Assembly: GCF_006345805.1 (NCBI RefSeq)
Contig: NC_043000.1
Span: 48,856,001 to 48,920,000, forward strand
Length of the DNA stretch: 64,000 bases
Direction: 5' to 3'
DNA from: Octopus sinensis
Lineage: Eukaryota
The notes below the pieces were generated by a model. The model searched no databases and was not told where the DNA came from. It worked only from the letters and a program-made list of their open reading frames with translations. Numbering within the stretch: the stretch's first letter is position 1; every line of letters begins with the position of its first letter. The position numbers and the translations under genes are program-made. Shown here in pieces: positions 25,201 to 38,027 of the stretch.

Positions 25201-26534
25201 ACGCACCAGAAAAAAGGAACGAAACATCTGTTTTAAATTCATTCTCAATCGCAATACTATTTTGCTTTGAACTGAGATAGTGCTTGAAGTTTCATAATGT
25301 TTTAAAATCATTCAAATACACAATATACGGTTCACCAGTGATTTAATGAAACGATGCTACTATTTAAATAAAAACTTTTAAATATTTTAAATAATTAAAA
25401 CTCCATAACGGAAAGAACACAGAATTGCTACAATCGACTCGTATCGTTTGTGCTTTATGAAACGACCTTGTATGACATTTAATTATTGCTATCGTGACTT
25501 TTGACGGCATTTTCTAATTATCTTAATTACTTTTAATTTAATTTTAAATGTTAGTCATTGATTTATAACTATTGCTAATACGAAATGAGATACAATTAAG
25601 AGATATATGGAGACACAAACGAATGTGCTTCGATATCCATAGGATCATGATCACATATATGGAGTAACCTTTAAAATTTAGGATTTTACACAACTATTAT
25701 CCAGGTTCCCCACTAGGAAATTTTGAATTTGTTTATACCTGGATTATCTCTTACAAAACAGGTCGATGTTGTTCCAGTAATGATGACTGCAGCTAACGTT
25801 TTTAAAATATATCTATGTGACAGTTAAGTGAATTTAGCTGATATTTCTAAAGGTGGAACGACTACGTACAGCCTCCGTTCGTCTTTAGCTTGCTACCTTG
25901 AGTAATTGAGGCGATACGTTGAGTCTAATGGAGGGAAAGTAGAGATTACTAGACAGGCGAATCTTGTTTACGTTAAACAACAACTATGCAATTCAATTGA
26001 AATGTTTTTATTTTTTAAGAAAACAAATTCGTTCATTTCAATTTGGAGTGTAATTTCTGTTCATATGATTTTTACTTTGGATAAGACATGATAATCCATC
26101 ATTATAAATATTTCAATAGCAATATATCAATATTATTTCCGCTGTCTACTTCTTCTCCATTACAGATCTCACTTATTTTGAAAGAATATTTTCATCTTAA
26201 GATATTTATTATTTTGATTGAGCATTTTACTTCAACTACCTTATTTACAGCATTTCATTTCGAAATGTAGGTGTTTAGGTGTCTGAAAAGATGAATCAGA
26301 CAAATGCTGTTATTTATAATTAACAGAGAATAGAAACTAGCGCGCAAGAACACAGCCCTACTACTCAGTTTATAAAGAGAATAGGCTTTGAATAATATAT
26401 CGAATGAGGAATACCTTCCGAATCTTTCGCAGAAAAGGTGTTGGTCACTCTTCTTCCCGATATTCAAAAGCGATTAAATATTTACGGTTGAAAATTATTT
26501 TATCATATAGCTTTATTATCAAGGGTGATATAAG

Positions 26535-26712
26535 ACATATCTCATATAAAGATTGTAGATATGATTATATATAAATTTATGTGTGTGTGTGGGGGGGGGT
26601 AGAACTAATATTTGCTAGAAATGTATGACACGAGGGCCGAAAGTGTCTTAGCACTTGTCAAAAGTTGATAAGTGTTAATGGACGGTACTATGGGCCCTTC
26701 AGTTACTCTGTT
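26535..26712 (+). repeat. Dispersed ~180-260-bp repeat, copy 1, with degenerate hammerhead (26632-26700)
   Basis: CATATCTCATATAAAG...TAGCACTTGTCAAA...CCCTTCAGTTACTCTGTT is shared with 29146-29405. The core is mutated (CCGAAA, GGTA, GC). Confidence 0.7.
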
Positions 26713-27099
26713 TGTGACAAGAAGTCTAAAATGTAGATGTAAGAGCATGATGTAGTTAGGGAAAAACGGAAAAGTGAAAACACATAAGCTTTATTACTTG
26801 ATTCTGCCGGAATTTCCTCAGCCGTTTAGAGAATTTCGACGCTTTTTAGCTTTAGCCGTATACACGAAATTGCTTCCATGATATTTACGGTGGTAACTGT
26901 GTTGTAGGCCCGATTGCCTTTGATGGTATCCTAGATTGTACCAATACCCTAAAAAGGTTGGGCCACAGGGTAATACCCCAACTCAGAACCAGAGCTAACT
27001 CCTCGTAATTGTTTTTCTAACAAAATGGAGTACCTCTTCATAATACCGGGCAATGAAGGGTTACCTTAACAGTATCATACTACAACAGTCGATCAGATG

Positions 27100-27357
27100 A
27101 CTTAGTGGGATCAAATAGCCACCAAGTGCGAGAGAAATTTCTCAGACAATGTATGAATTTAAAGATTTCACCTGGGAACAGTTTATTCAGAAAGAAGCAG
27201 ATCGGCATTAGTGTTGAATTCAGTGTGAATGTGTTCTGGAGTGTTTTCAGGAATGTTGCATTGTCGATGGAAGCCTTTTCGAGCAATTTACGAGTTTAAC
27301 ATAAACTGTAAAGTGTATATACATAAACTGTAAAGTGTATACGTATTTGCGACACCC

Positions 27358-27358
<1 letters not shown>
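27100..27358 (+). mobile_element. Decayed 3' end of a Tc1/mariner related to 1677-2212
   Basis: Ends GTGTATACGTATTTGCGACACCCTG|TA (same TIR type). Remnant reading ...VDGSLFEQF. Confidence 0.6.
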
Positions 27359-27416
<58 letters not shown>

Positions 27417-27417
<1 letters not shown>

Positions 27418-27870
27418 ACAACAACTTGAGGAACGGCCATAATAGGCCGTTCGGCCCACTAGAAAAAGCAGCCAGGGCTTCAACCGCAAATAGTAGTAAT
27501 TCCGTAAACAGAGGAACGGAATCGGCAGCTTATATTTGCTGCCGATAAATTGGCGCGAGTACGATGATTTTGAAAATTTTAGGTCAGATATTGCCGAGGC
27601 ATTAAGGTAGCTGCCTCGTGTAATTTCTCTCCCGCCTGGCTCCTTTACTGATGAATTGCGTTGGCCTTTGGAAGATTGACTTGATTTAATTTAATCAGGC
27701 TGGTTTACCATTACAAAACGCTGAAACAATGCATTGTCTAAAGATGAACAGGGTAAATGTTTTTTTAATTTTCCTCTGTTTACGGAATTACTACTATTTG
27801 CGGTTGAAGCCCTGGCTGCTTTTTCTAGTGGGTCGAACGGCCTATTATGGCCGTTCCTCAATTTGTTGTT
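27417..27870. mobile_element. MITE with ~95-bp terminal inverted repeats
   Basis: AACAACAACTTGAGGAACGGCC...GTAAACAGAGGAA vs TTCCTCTGTTTAC...GGCCGTTCCTCAATTTGTTGTT. Confidence 0.8.
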
Positions 27871-27967
27871 GAATTTATTAATAGTCTCTGACTATTTCCT
27901 TTTTCTCACTAGACCGCTGGTGGCAAAATAATTTCTACTGAATTTTTTGCTACCCTAATATTGATTA

Positions 27968-28037
<70 letters not shown>

Positions 28038-28069
28038 ATATTATATATATATATAATATATTATATATA

Positions 28070-28110
<41 letters not shown>

Positions 28111-28131
28111 TATTATATAATATATATATAT

Positions 28132-28166
<35 letters not shown>

Positions 28167-28174
28167 CTATATAT

Positions 28175-28668
28175 ATATTATATTAAATTAGAGATAAAAC
28201 CACTATTAGGCAAATCAAACAATGAAAAACATAAGCCAATACGTAAAATTAATTTTAAAATATAAAAGTTAAAAATAAAAAATTATTTAAATAATTTAAA
28301 TTTTATATATATATACAAATATATATATATATATGTATGTATATTTTTATATTTATATATTATTTTATTTATTAATTTAGTTATTTATTTATTTATTCAT
28401 TTTTTTAAATATATATCAAAAGTATTAAAAGTTTTATAAAAGATAAAGAGTAAAACACTACAATCGTTTCATAGCTGTACCAATTCGAATAACAATAATC
28501 TAGATTCAATTAATAATTCATATATAAAATTAATAAGTTTAAATTATTTAAATAAATTTTAATTTTTAACTTTTATATTTTTAAATTAATTTTATGTATT
28601 GGCTTATGTTTTTCACTGTTTGATTTGCCTAATAGTGGTTTTATCTCTAATTTAATATAATATAATAT
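28175..28668. mobile_element. AT-rich foldback element with ~130-bp inverted arms
   Basis: ATTAGAGATAAAACCACTATTAGGCAAATCAAAC vs GTTTGATTTGCCTAATAGTGGTTTTATCTCTAAT. Confidence 0.8.
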
Positions 28669-28864
28669 AATATATTTATACTATCAAATTGGATTTAATC
28701 CTAAATCTAATTTTTCCCTGTAAGTTTGGATTTATTCTCTAATATTATTATTATATATACATATATATACATATATATACATATATATGTATATATTGAT
28801 ATATATATATATGTATATATATAAAGGTCTGTGAGAGTTCGCCTGATCGCATCCCTCTCTCTTT

Positions 28865-28895
<31 letters not shown>

Positions 28896-29324
28896 TATAT
28901 ATAGGAACATTAATGTGTGCGGTATATTAAATTGTGCATTAAGCAGCTGTTTACATTTGACAAGATAAAGATAAAATATTGACATATTGCACAGCTTCGG
29001 TTCAGTCTTGTACAGCTTCAGCAAAGGGGGTGGGGTGTTTATTGTATACCGCATCGTAAGCACTAAAAATAATGGAAATTGCGTCTTGCACTTTGTTAAT
29101 AGAGGTTTGTAGCGTATAAATTTAGTTGATCGCTATTTCTTTCACATATCTCATATAAAGTTAGTAGATATGAATATATGTATATATATGTGTGTGTGTT
29201 TGTGTGTGCGTGTGTGTGTGTGTGCGCGCGCGTGTGTGTGTGCGTGCGTTTGCATGTGTCTGCGCGTATGCATGTGATGTGTGTATGTGTTGAATTTCTA
29301 TTTGCCAGGCTTAACTGTATGACT

Positions 29325-29395
29325 TGAGGGCTGAGAGTGTGTTAGCACTTGTCAAATGCTGCTAAGTGTTAACGCACGAAACTATGGTCCCTTCA
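29325..29395 (+). ncRNA. Hammerhead-like motif with 6-nt core and 14-bp stem II (in repeat copy 2, 29146-29405)
   Basis: UGAGGG-CUGAGA-GUGUGUUAGCACUU...AAGUGUUAACGCAC-GAAA-CUAUGG-UC-CCUUCA. All three helices pair, GUC triplet, N7 apparently missing. Confidence 0.65.
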
Positions 29396-29464
29396 GTTAC
29401 TCTGTTACTTCTGCTAAATATTAATGTGTATGTGTATGTGTGTGTGTGTGAGTGTGTGCGTGTA

Positions 29465-29700
29465 TGTGGAATACTTTTGGAACATACCCATCAAAGTATC
29501 AGTCAAGTGTAAGCGTAACATATTGGATATTTCTGCTAGTGATAGAATAGAAATTGTATGTACTGTCATAGAGGTCAGCTGTCTTGCTGATGTGAATATG
29601 TCTTTGAACATCAAAGAGAAAGTAGATAACTATTCACAAATGCTTCCAGACTCCCATTTCTATATTCAGATTGCAAATTTACTTTTATACAAATAATAAC
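29465..29700 (+). mobile_element. Decayed RLE-type non-LTR retrotransposon endonuclease fragment
   Basis: EYFWNIPIKVSVKCKRNILDISASDRIEIVCTVIEVSCLADVNMSLNIKEKVDNY resembles the HNRPD...IEVSCP...EK..Y restriction-like endonuclease of R4/Dong-type LINEs. Confidence 0.75.
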
Positions 29701-29872
29701 TAGTGCCTTTTGTTTTGTGAGTAAATGCCAAACTGACATTCTGGATGATCGTGAATTTTCAGAAAAGAAAATCCAACAAGTAACGCGCACATTAGAAATA
29801 TCAATCTGCAAGTGGAACTGTAAAAATATGCAAGACTTTTCTAAAGTTTAAAAGTGACATTGCTATCTAAAT

Positions 29873-30120
29873 TTGTTGTGTCGACGCCCCCAGACGATGA
29901 AGTAAGCTAGCCCAATACGTAGATATAGAGGGAGAAGACGTTCAGGAGTTGAGTAGAGGTCATCCGTACGTACGATATAACAGTGGATCTCATCCTCGTC
30001 GCCACTGTTATATCGCACGTTCGGATGACCTTTACTCAACTCCTCGACGTCTAGACTTCTCTTTCTATATCTACGTATTGGGCTAGCCTACTTCACCGTC
30101 TGGGGGCGTCGACACAATAA
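29873..30120. mobile_element. Near-perfect foldback element (~115-bp arms, ~15-nt loop)
   Basis: TTGTGTCGACGCCCCCAGACG...GATATAACAGTGG vs CCACTGTTATATC...CGTCTGGGGGCGTCGACACAA. Confidence 0.85.
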
Positions 30121-30964
30121 TATTCCAACGATGGAACTTTATATCTTTTAGAAATCAACTCCTTCTTCAGAGGAAGAATTTTTATAAATGAAAACAGATG
30201 AGAGCATATACATATATAGATAGGTAATTATTTATATGCAGGTGTATGCAGAACGCTTGAAGCGTGTGTAATAACAGAGACACCTCTACTGTTGTATCTT
30301 CGGAAACTGTAAAGATGGAGAGACTATCCCTTTATACTTTTAAGTAAACAGAAAAATAAATTTGGGAATTTTCTTACAAGGCTCCTTTAGAGTAAACCTC
30401 TATAATCGAGAAGAACCACTATCCTTCGCTTGCCCACACACCTTACTATATAAAATCACTCTTCATAGCAGTAGTTTATTGAACATAGTACAAACAGCCG
30501 TTTTGATTTGCATGTAATACGTCAGCTGGCCTCGCAGTAAATTTATATGTATATATGTAGTATACAGTACAAAACAAAATACCGTACCATATAGATAACT
30601 TTAGTGTTATTTATTTGGAAGAATTAGATTTACGATCGTGATCAGCAGCAAACATTACGTTGTCTTAAGATTATACAAATATACTTGTTTGTATAATAGA
30701 TATTTAAACATAAAAGTACGCATTTATAAGTATGTTTATATATTCATTCATATATGTGTGCGCGTGTGTGTGTGTGTGTCTGTGTGGTGTGGATGTAAAT
30801 ACATATATATTTTCCTACTAATATGGATATATATGTGTCTGCGCGCACGCGTGAGTTTGTGTGTGTACATATATGTATACAGATCAACCTATCTTTCCCT
30901 CCCTTTCTCTCTCTCTCTATATATATATAAATATACATTTGTATAAATATATATAAATATATAT

Positions 30965-31016
<52 letters not shown>

Positions 31017-33449
31017 TTATACATTCGTATATATATATATATTATATATATATATATACATATATATGTGTGTGTGTGTGTGTGTATGTGTGTGCGTGCG
31101 TGTGAGAGGGAGAGAGAGAGAGAGATCCACCGATTCACTTTTATTTGCTTCTTTTCCATTCTGAAAATAGCAAATCTTATATATTATTGGGAGATGACAA
31201 ATGAAAGTAGAGAAACAAAAAAAAAACAAAAAAAAAACAGTCTTGCATAAGTAAAATTTACTTATAACATCTCACCTCCTCTTAATCATATTATCATCAG
31301 AAAAAATATGTATGCTCAAGTTTTCATGTACCTGTGTCTGAAAGCCAGCGGCATAGAATTGTTCGTTACTCTTGTAATCAGACTATCAATGAATGAAGGA
31401 ATACCATGGTAGATACATTAGACGCATAGAGAACCTATCTGCAATTTCCCTCAAGAACGAAAACCAAAACATTCCAACACATGTTGTTATCAGAGCAAAA
31501 AAACTACAAAGTATATTCGCAAAACATGCTGATTTCATCCTGTTGTTTGTCTTTGTCCGCAAGGCTAATTTGTGTTTTCGTAGGTGATTGACATCAATAA
31601 CATTATCATCAGTTGCAAACATTATCAACAAACATGTAACTGTTTCGTGATTAAGTCTTTTTACCTATGTTGTAAACGTACGGAACAAAATGAACACTTG
31701 TTACCTTTTGTTGTTTTTAATTTTCTGTTCATATTATTCCCCCTTTTTTTTTCAGTTTTGTTTTATCTTTTACCACCCAATGACAGAAATACCGATATGT
31801 AAGGATTCGAATGAATTTAATTAGACGTTAAAATTACATTGACGAAAATAACGTTTCCCTTTTACATATGTATAATGTGAAACATATATGTGTGTGTCTC
31901 TATCTGTGCGTGTGTATGTATGCTTGATATATATATATATATATTTAGACACACACACACATATATATGCACAAGTATATATATATTAGCATAAATTTAT
32001 ATGCCTATATATACATATATATATATATATGTGTTTGAGTCCATGTGTGTGATTTGTGTGTAACAGTGTGTGTGTGTGAGTTTCTGTGTGTATCTGTGTG
32101 TGCTTATATACATGTTACAACTGTCCTTTAAACAAATATATGCAAATGAAACGCAGCTTGAGGAAAATTTGTTTATGTTAAAAGCAGGATTTCCTCGTTG
32201 AAATGATCAGTGATATTTTCTGCGTCAGTCAAGAATGATCAGAACGAATAATCGTAAACAAAATAATCGAATAATCGTAAACTCCTCCAAAAAGAGCCAA
32301 AATTATTTTTGCTTCACAAATAATAAGTGTGTATGTGTGTGTGTGTAGGGGGGTTGTACTACTATACCATATATTAGGAGTAAGATTTGAATATGCGTTA
32401 CTAGTGTTTTAACCTCGTATTTAATCAAATATGGATTTAGATATGCTTTAGCAGAAATGTTAATAAAATAAGTAAATATTTCATGGCATTTAGATTGATG
32501 AGTACCTATTATATACTAAGGTACTTTCTGTGTATCAGTCATTTTCTACATTAAAATGCGTCATTTGTACTTTTTTTGTTTTTGTTTTTTTTTTATGTCA
32601 CAATTCGATGCTAGTATTTAGGGCGTATTTGACAGAATTGTTTTACGTCTACTTAAGTATTAAGAAATTCCAGAACTGACGAAATGATAGAGTCCTTACG
32701 TGACTGCCCTAACTACTTGAAATAGTAGCCAAATCTTCGCATTAAACTTTATCATCTTAACCAAAGAGGCATAATATAGTGTCTGCAATACAATACATAA
32801 TAAATATGCTCAATCAAGGTTGAGATGTAGTTAAACAATAACAAAGCGTCGTTAGAAATGGGAGTCTTTATATTGTCCCTCGATTATATATGCAAAAACA
32901 GCCAAATAACTTTTAAGATCACACAATATCGTATTTATAAGAGTAAGAAACGAGTAATACAGTAACATATTTCTGCTTACAAAGAAGTGACTAATCATGG
33001 TTAGATGTTAGGTTTTTGATTACACTGCCTCTATCGAGACTGGTATATTGGTAAACACCGATAAAATCAACAGTATAATAATATTAATAATGATGTTGAC
33101 TCAATCATAATCTACTAAACGTTGCATGGTATTCCCAAAATACATCGCATTTGTGAAAAGCATAGAAAAAAACAAACATAAAATGCCTTCAAATATTCAG
33201 TGTCCTAATATATATTTCCTTCTAATTGGATGTGTTTTGGCACTTCGTCTCTATCCAGCAACCGTTTAGAACGCTTGCTATTATTGAACAGAATCCATTT
33301 TTCATCACACGCAAAAATGGTTCGCTTTTATGTCGGGACAGCAAAGAACACTAAGTTCCAAGAAGAAGTGTTATTTGATACTTATTCAGTTCGTGGGGTA
33401 CCCACTTGTCCAGCTTCTTTATCTTGCCGAGTTGTTTCAGATGGTCCAA

Positions 33450-33760
33450 TATAGATGGAATAGAAATATCAAACTTTGAGCTAACTGGCGGGTTATTTGA
33501 GATGTATAAGCTTCCACTACAGTTTCCAGCTCATAATTATCCACCTTGGTCTCAGGTCTAACATGGGGTTGATTTTCAAGAGGAAAAATCACCAGACCGG
33601 ACCTTCTCAAACCATTGACGTACAGTCCGTGCATTCGCCCCATCTTCACCAAACAACTCATTGATATTGCGAGTTGTCTGGGATGCATTGGTTCCTCGAC
33701 GGAAATCATATTGATAAACAACACGAATTTCTTATCAAGCCATAGGTTCACAAAAATTGA
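33450..33760 (-). mobile_element. Decayed mariner transposase N-terminal (HTH) fragment
   Basis: KKFVLFINMISVEE / DFRRGTNASQTTRNINELFGEDG and ENQPHVRPETKVDNYELETVVEA. Confidence 0.7.
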
Positions 33761-34218
33761 TTTACATGAGAAAACTCACAATGTAATCAGACACCATGAA
33801 TAACATTTCGAAATGTAATGATGTAACTCTTCAATGTTGTAAAACAAAGCGTTGTCAGGATAAGTCATTAAAGGTAACGTCTGTCAAACTTGCTGCATAA
33901 GAAAATCGGACATTTCATTCTTAATGACCTGATAGTTCCCCAAGAACAAAAGCAAAATTCATATAAATCTGCGCTGTAGATGTGAACAATCGGTAAAAAG
34001 ATGAATATTTATAAGAATATTTATGCACAACTGAAATTTCTGTATTCTAAAGTTCAACACACAGACACACACACATGAATGCATGCACTCACGCACACGC
34101 ACAAACACACACACATACATGTGTGTGAGTTTGTATTTACAGCTCTCTGTCTCTCTCGATCTGTATATATATATATATATAAATGGAGTTGAACGAAGAT
34201 GTTAATAAAATTCCTTTA

Positions 34219-34300
34219 CTTTCGACATATGTTTCGAAGTCAGCATGGTTTTATTCCAAAGGAATAAACGATGTAAGATGCAATCTTCTCATCAGGAAAG
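34219..34300 (-). ncRNA. Type I hammerhead ribozyme with long stem II insertion (in a probable Penelope-like remnant ~34181-34530)
   Basis: CUUUC-CUGAUGA-GAAG[45 nt]CUUC-GAAA-CAUAUG-UC-GAAAG. Canonical core, G10.1-C11.1, palindromic ACAUAUGU stem III, GUC triplet, 5-bp stem I. Confidence 0.85.
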
Positions 34301-35024
34301 AAAGAAAGAGAACCTCTTTCAACAACAAGACATTATAACATTTACGATGGCTGCCTACATGATAAACAGAACGTTATTAAGTTAAAAAAAAAAAACGCTA
34401 GTAGATTTGACGTCAAAGGCAGATAGAAGGAGGTGAAGGGTTAAAGGGATAGTAATTAGGGAACAAATAGCGAGGGAGGGATACGTTGATTAAAAGAATG
34501 TTCAAAGGCTTAGGAAAAAAACATAGGATAATTCATTCACCCATCGAAATATATATATATACATATATCAGTGTAAGTAAATTTCAAAAGCTCTCAGCAT
34601 TGCATTATTAAAAGAAAATAATGTTTATGTAAATATAAAGAATAAATGTCTTGTTTGTCACATTCTTCTCTAAACATAGTAATAACACACTGTTTAGCGA
34701 TTAGTTAAACGATGAATATAACGATAACATTCAAATATAAATTCATATAATATATTCCAATCAGTATTAATTTGAAGAAGTTTTCACATTTTCTGGATAC
34801 GCATGCTGTTTTTCTTCCAGGTCTTTGTTGATGTATGATAGTTGTGAAATATTAGATCACAAAGGAGGTAATGGGAAGTGAATACTTCCGTAAAGTAACC
34901 TACCTACTCGTAGAATGCTGTTCAATTCACTTTTGAGCACTTGGCTTACTTATTGAATCTGCTGCTGTTCTTTACCTCGAATTGCATCTTATGTGATACC
35001 ATATGACACACATATATTGTCTTC

Positions 35025-35256
35025 AAGGCGGCGAGCTGGTAGAAACGTTAGCACGCCGGGCGAAATTCGTAGCCGTATTTCGTCTGTCGTTACGTTCCGA
35101 GTTCAAATTCCGCCGAGGTCGCCTTTGCCTTTCATCCTTTCGGGGTCGATAAATTAAGTACCAGTTATGCACTGGGGTCGATGTAGTCGACTTAATCCCT
35201 TTGTCTGTCCTTGTTTGTCCCCTCTGTGTTTAGCCCCTTGTGGGTAGTAAAGAAAT
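35025..35256 (+). mobile_element. SINE family A, well-preserved copy
   Basis: AAGGCGGCGAGCTGG...GAGTTCAAATTCCGCCGAGGTCGCCTTTGCCTTTCATCCTTTCGGGGTCGATAAATTAAGTACCAG. Confidence 0.85.
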
Positions 35257-35379
35257 ATATATTGTCTTTAAAAGTATTATTTTTCATATTTGCTCTTTTC
35301 TTCTAAGACAGAACAGATTATTATCATTGCTTCACTGGAAGTTTGAAATTAATTTCTGGCCTAAAAGCGGAGTAGAATC

Positions 35380-36568
35380 ACAAAGTTTCCGTACAAGTTC
35401 TGTAGTACGCTAATAGATAGCTGCACACGGTTGCGTGCTCTGTGAGAGTTAGCAGTGGCATTCATGAGGCGGTGTGCCGAGTGAAATTACTGTTTTTCCA
35501 GTGGAATCTTTGTTTTTTGAGATCATGTGTATGCTGTCGTCTTCAATTTTGTCATGGACAGGAATTAGAAACAAAGAGTCGACGTAAAAGCTTACATTAA
35601 AATTCATAAGTTTGCTACGAAGTCAATGCGCATGCTTCGGCAAGCTTACAGCAACGAGGCAGTGGGTCGTACGGAATGTTACGAGTAGTAAAGGTGCTTT
35701 CTTCAAAAACGGAAGAACGCCCCTGGAAGACGGTGAGCGATCTGGAAGGCCTGCCATGAGCGTCATCTCGGGAACTGTGGAGACAATTCATCAGCTTGTG
35801 TATGAGGCTCGTCAAAGGACAATCAACGACATTGCTGATGTCCGTCTATTGCATGGATCCGTGCAGGCAACACTAACGTGAGAATTGAACATGCAATGTC
35901 TCTCTGTAAATTTTTTCTCTCCCGCTTGCTGACCGCTGAGCAGAAAGAACATTGCATCGAAGTCTGTCAAGACCTCCGTCAGCCTCACGCTGATGACCCA
36001 TTCTTTAACGTCAATGATCATCACCGGTGACGAGAGTTTTGCTTACAGGTATGATTCTGAGATGAAGCAGCAGTCATTAAAATGGATGAGCCCTTCATCT
36101 ATATAACCAAGATAGCACCACAGAGCCGCAGCACAATCAAGATTATGGGTCAGACTGTCAATCAAGAATTCTACTGCGACGTTTTGAAGCATTTGAGGGA
36201 GGACATTTGGCGAAAACGACCGGATCTGTGAAACACGAAGAATTGAATTCTTCACGACGACAACGCACCCTGCTACCGAGCTCTCCTCACTCGTGAGTTT
36301 CTCGCCAAAAAAATGGCATTGCTTCTGCAACCGCGCTGTTTGACACTAAGCACCTGGGGACTTCCATCTCTTCCCCAAGATGAGAACGCAGTTCAAAGGT
36401 CGTCGTTTAAATACTGTTGTCGAGATCCAGGGTGAATCGCAGAAGGTTCTCGACTCGCTTACGCAAAACGACTTCCAAGAGTGGAAGAACTCTGGGACCG
36501 GTGTATTGCTATGCAAGATGACTTCATTAAACATAACTAGTCCAGGACCTTTTTGATACCACCTCGTA
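35380..36568 (+). mobile_element. Near full-length decayed mariner transposon
   Basis: LEDGERSGRPA, IITGDESF, LHDDNAPC and APGDFHLFPKM motifs across frames. Ends with TIR-like CCTTTTTGATACCACCTCG|TA. Confidence 0.85.
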
Positions 36569-37254
36569 TGTTTAGTGTGGTTGTCCTTCATAAATAACTA
36601 ATTACTCGTTGGTATCCGTACAGGTACTGCGAATGCATTGTAGAATATTTTCTTATTCTGAGAGGGACATACCGACTGCTATATTGTTTAAGGCTGCCTT
36701 CTCTATTTTCCTTCGCCAAAACTTACCTGTTGTATCTTCATCTATATGTAGATATTTGTGGCATTCCTTGTGTCGAACATAGAAGATATATAGATTATTG
36801 ATGCAAAGATAGTGTATTTTGGAACAGATTCTCTGCGTTCATATATCAAATATGAACGTTTCCGTTGGCCAAATTCCATCTCCACGTCAACAGCCAATGT
36901 TGTTGTTGAACATAGCTATTTCTTGACATTGTAAATATTTCAAGAAAATATCATTAGATCGTCTCTATTTCATTCAATGTATCATTGATATTGCAAATCA
37001 ATTTGCTATGTCAATGTGACCTACCATACTAGTTTGAACTATACATAATAATGACTCCCTATAGCGCTTATTGTGTCCCTATCGACTTATTAAGCGTTGT
37101 TCTGGTGTCTCCCAGTTATGCAACTTTTCCCCAGCGTTCGTAAAACTTGGGAATTAAAAATATATTAATTTTACTGTTGATATTTGTATGGTATTTTTTC
37201 TTCGTAGTGTCTGGATGCCGTGAACTCTAATTAATCCTCCCGAATTTAGTCACA

Positions 37255-37435
37255 ACACCTGATTTAGTAGACAGGTGACTAATCGATTACGTTGACCCCA
37301 GTACTTGACTGTTGCTTACTTTATCGACTCCGAATGATGAAAGGTAAAGTCGACCCCAGAGTAATTTGATCTGAAGATGTAAAACTAGAAGACATACTGC
37401 TATGTATTTTTTGTCCAGCGTGCTAACGATTATTT
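37255..37435 (-). mobile_element. Degenerate SINE family A copy
   Basis: TTTATCGACTCCGAATGATGAAAGGTAAAGTCGAC is the reverse complement of the central domain. Confidence 0.55.
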
Positions 37436-37845
37436 CAACTCACTGTTTATGCAGTCTGATTAATATCCTTACATTCAATTTAGACTTTACATGAAAATCA
37501 TTTAAGATCTTCCCGACAAGGTACTCTTTGTATTAAGATTTCTTGGGAAGATGCTCTGTTTACTAAACCTAATACATGTATGTTTAGGATTAGAAGTAAA
37601 CTTCTGGTTAGATCTCGTTAGTTCTAATAGTTTCTGATAATAGTTTTTCACAATGTCTTTATATTTATACATGTATATGCAAATACATGTATGCCTATGT
37701 ATCCGAATCGAACTGTTTTGAACAATATATGTGACTCCCAATGAAGGCGTTGCGAACCATTTCTTCCGTTTGTTAACTCACTCGTATATATATATATATA
37801 TATGGGTCAGGGAAAAAGTAAATTTTGACTTTGCTGATTTTCCTC

Positions 37846-37878
37846 TTTCCGAAGAGGAGCTATGCTCGTAACGTAAAA
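37846..37878 (+). ncRNA. Degenerate minimal hammerhead-like motif
   Basis: UUU-CCGAAGA-G-GAGC(UAU)GCUC-GUAA-CG-UA-AAA. Same layout as 6168-6205, with U4C and A13U changes. Confidence 0.45.
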
Positions 37879-37980
37879 CAGCTGCTCTTTGCCTTCTTCT
37901 AGCGTCATATCAATACATTGTATGTGCTACGTCGTCTGTTTGTTTTTTGTCTTTTGTTTTACTTTTTTCTTTGTTTCTTG

Positions 37981-38027
<47 letters not shown>

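Noticed and set aside
27425-27460. TTGAGGA followed by a strong ACGGCC/GGCCGT hairpin in the MITE arms
   Set aside because: The hairpin is followed by TCGG/TCGA rather than GAAA, so it is not a hammerhead.
28455-28490. GAAACGATTGTA half-motif at the centre of the AT-rich foldback (minus strand)
   Set aside because: The CUGANGA half and stem II partner are absent.
30121-30180. CTGAAGA on the minus strand next to the foldback element
   Set aside because: No GAAA box or convincing stem II; at most a heavily decayed HHR.
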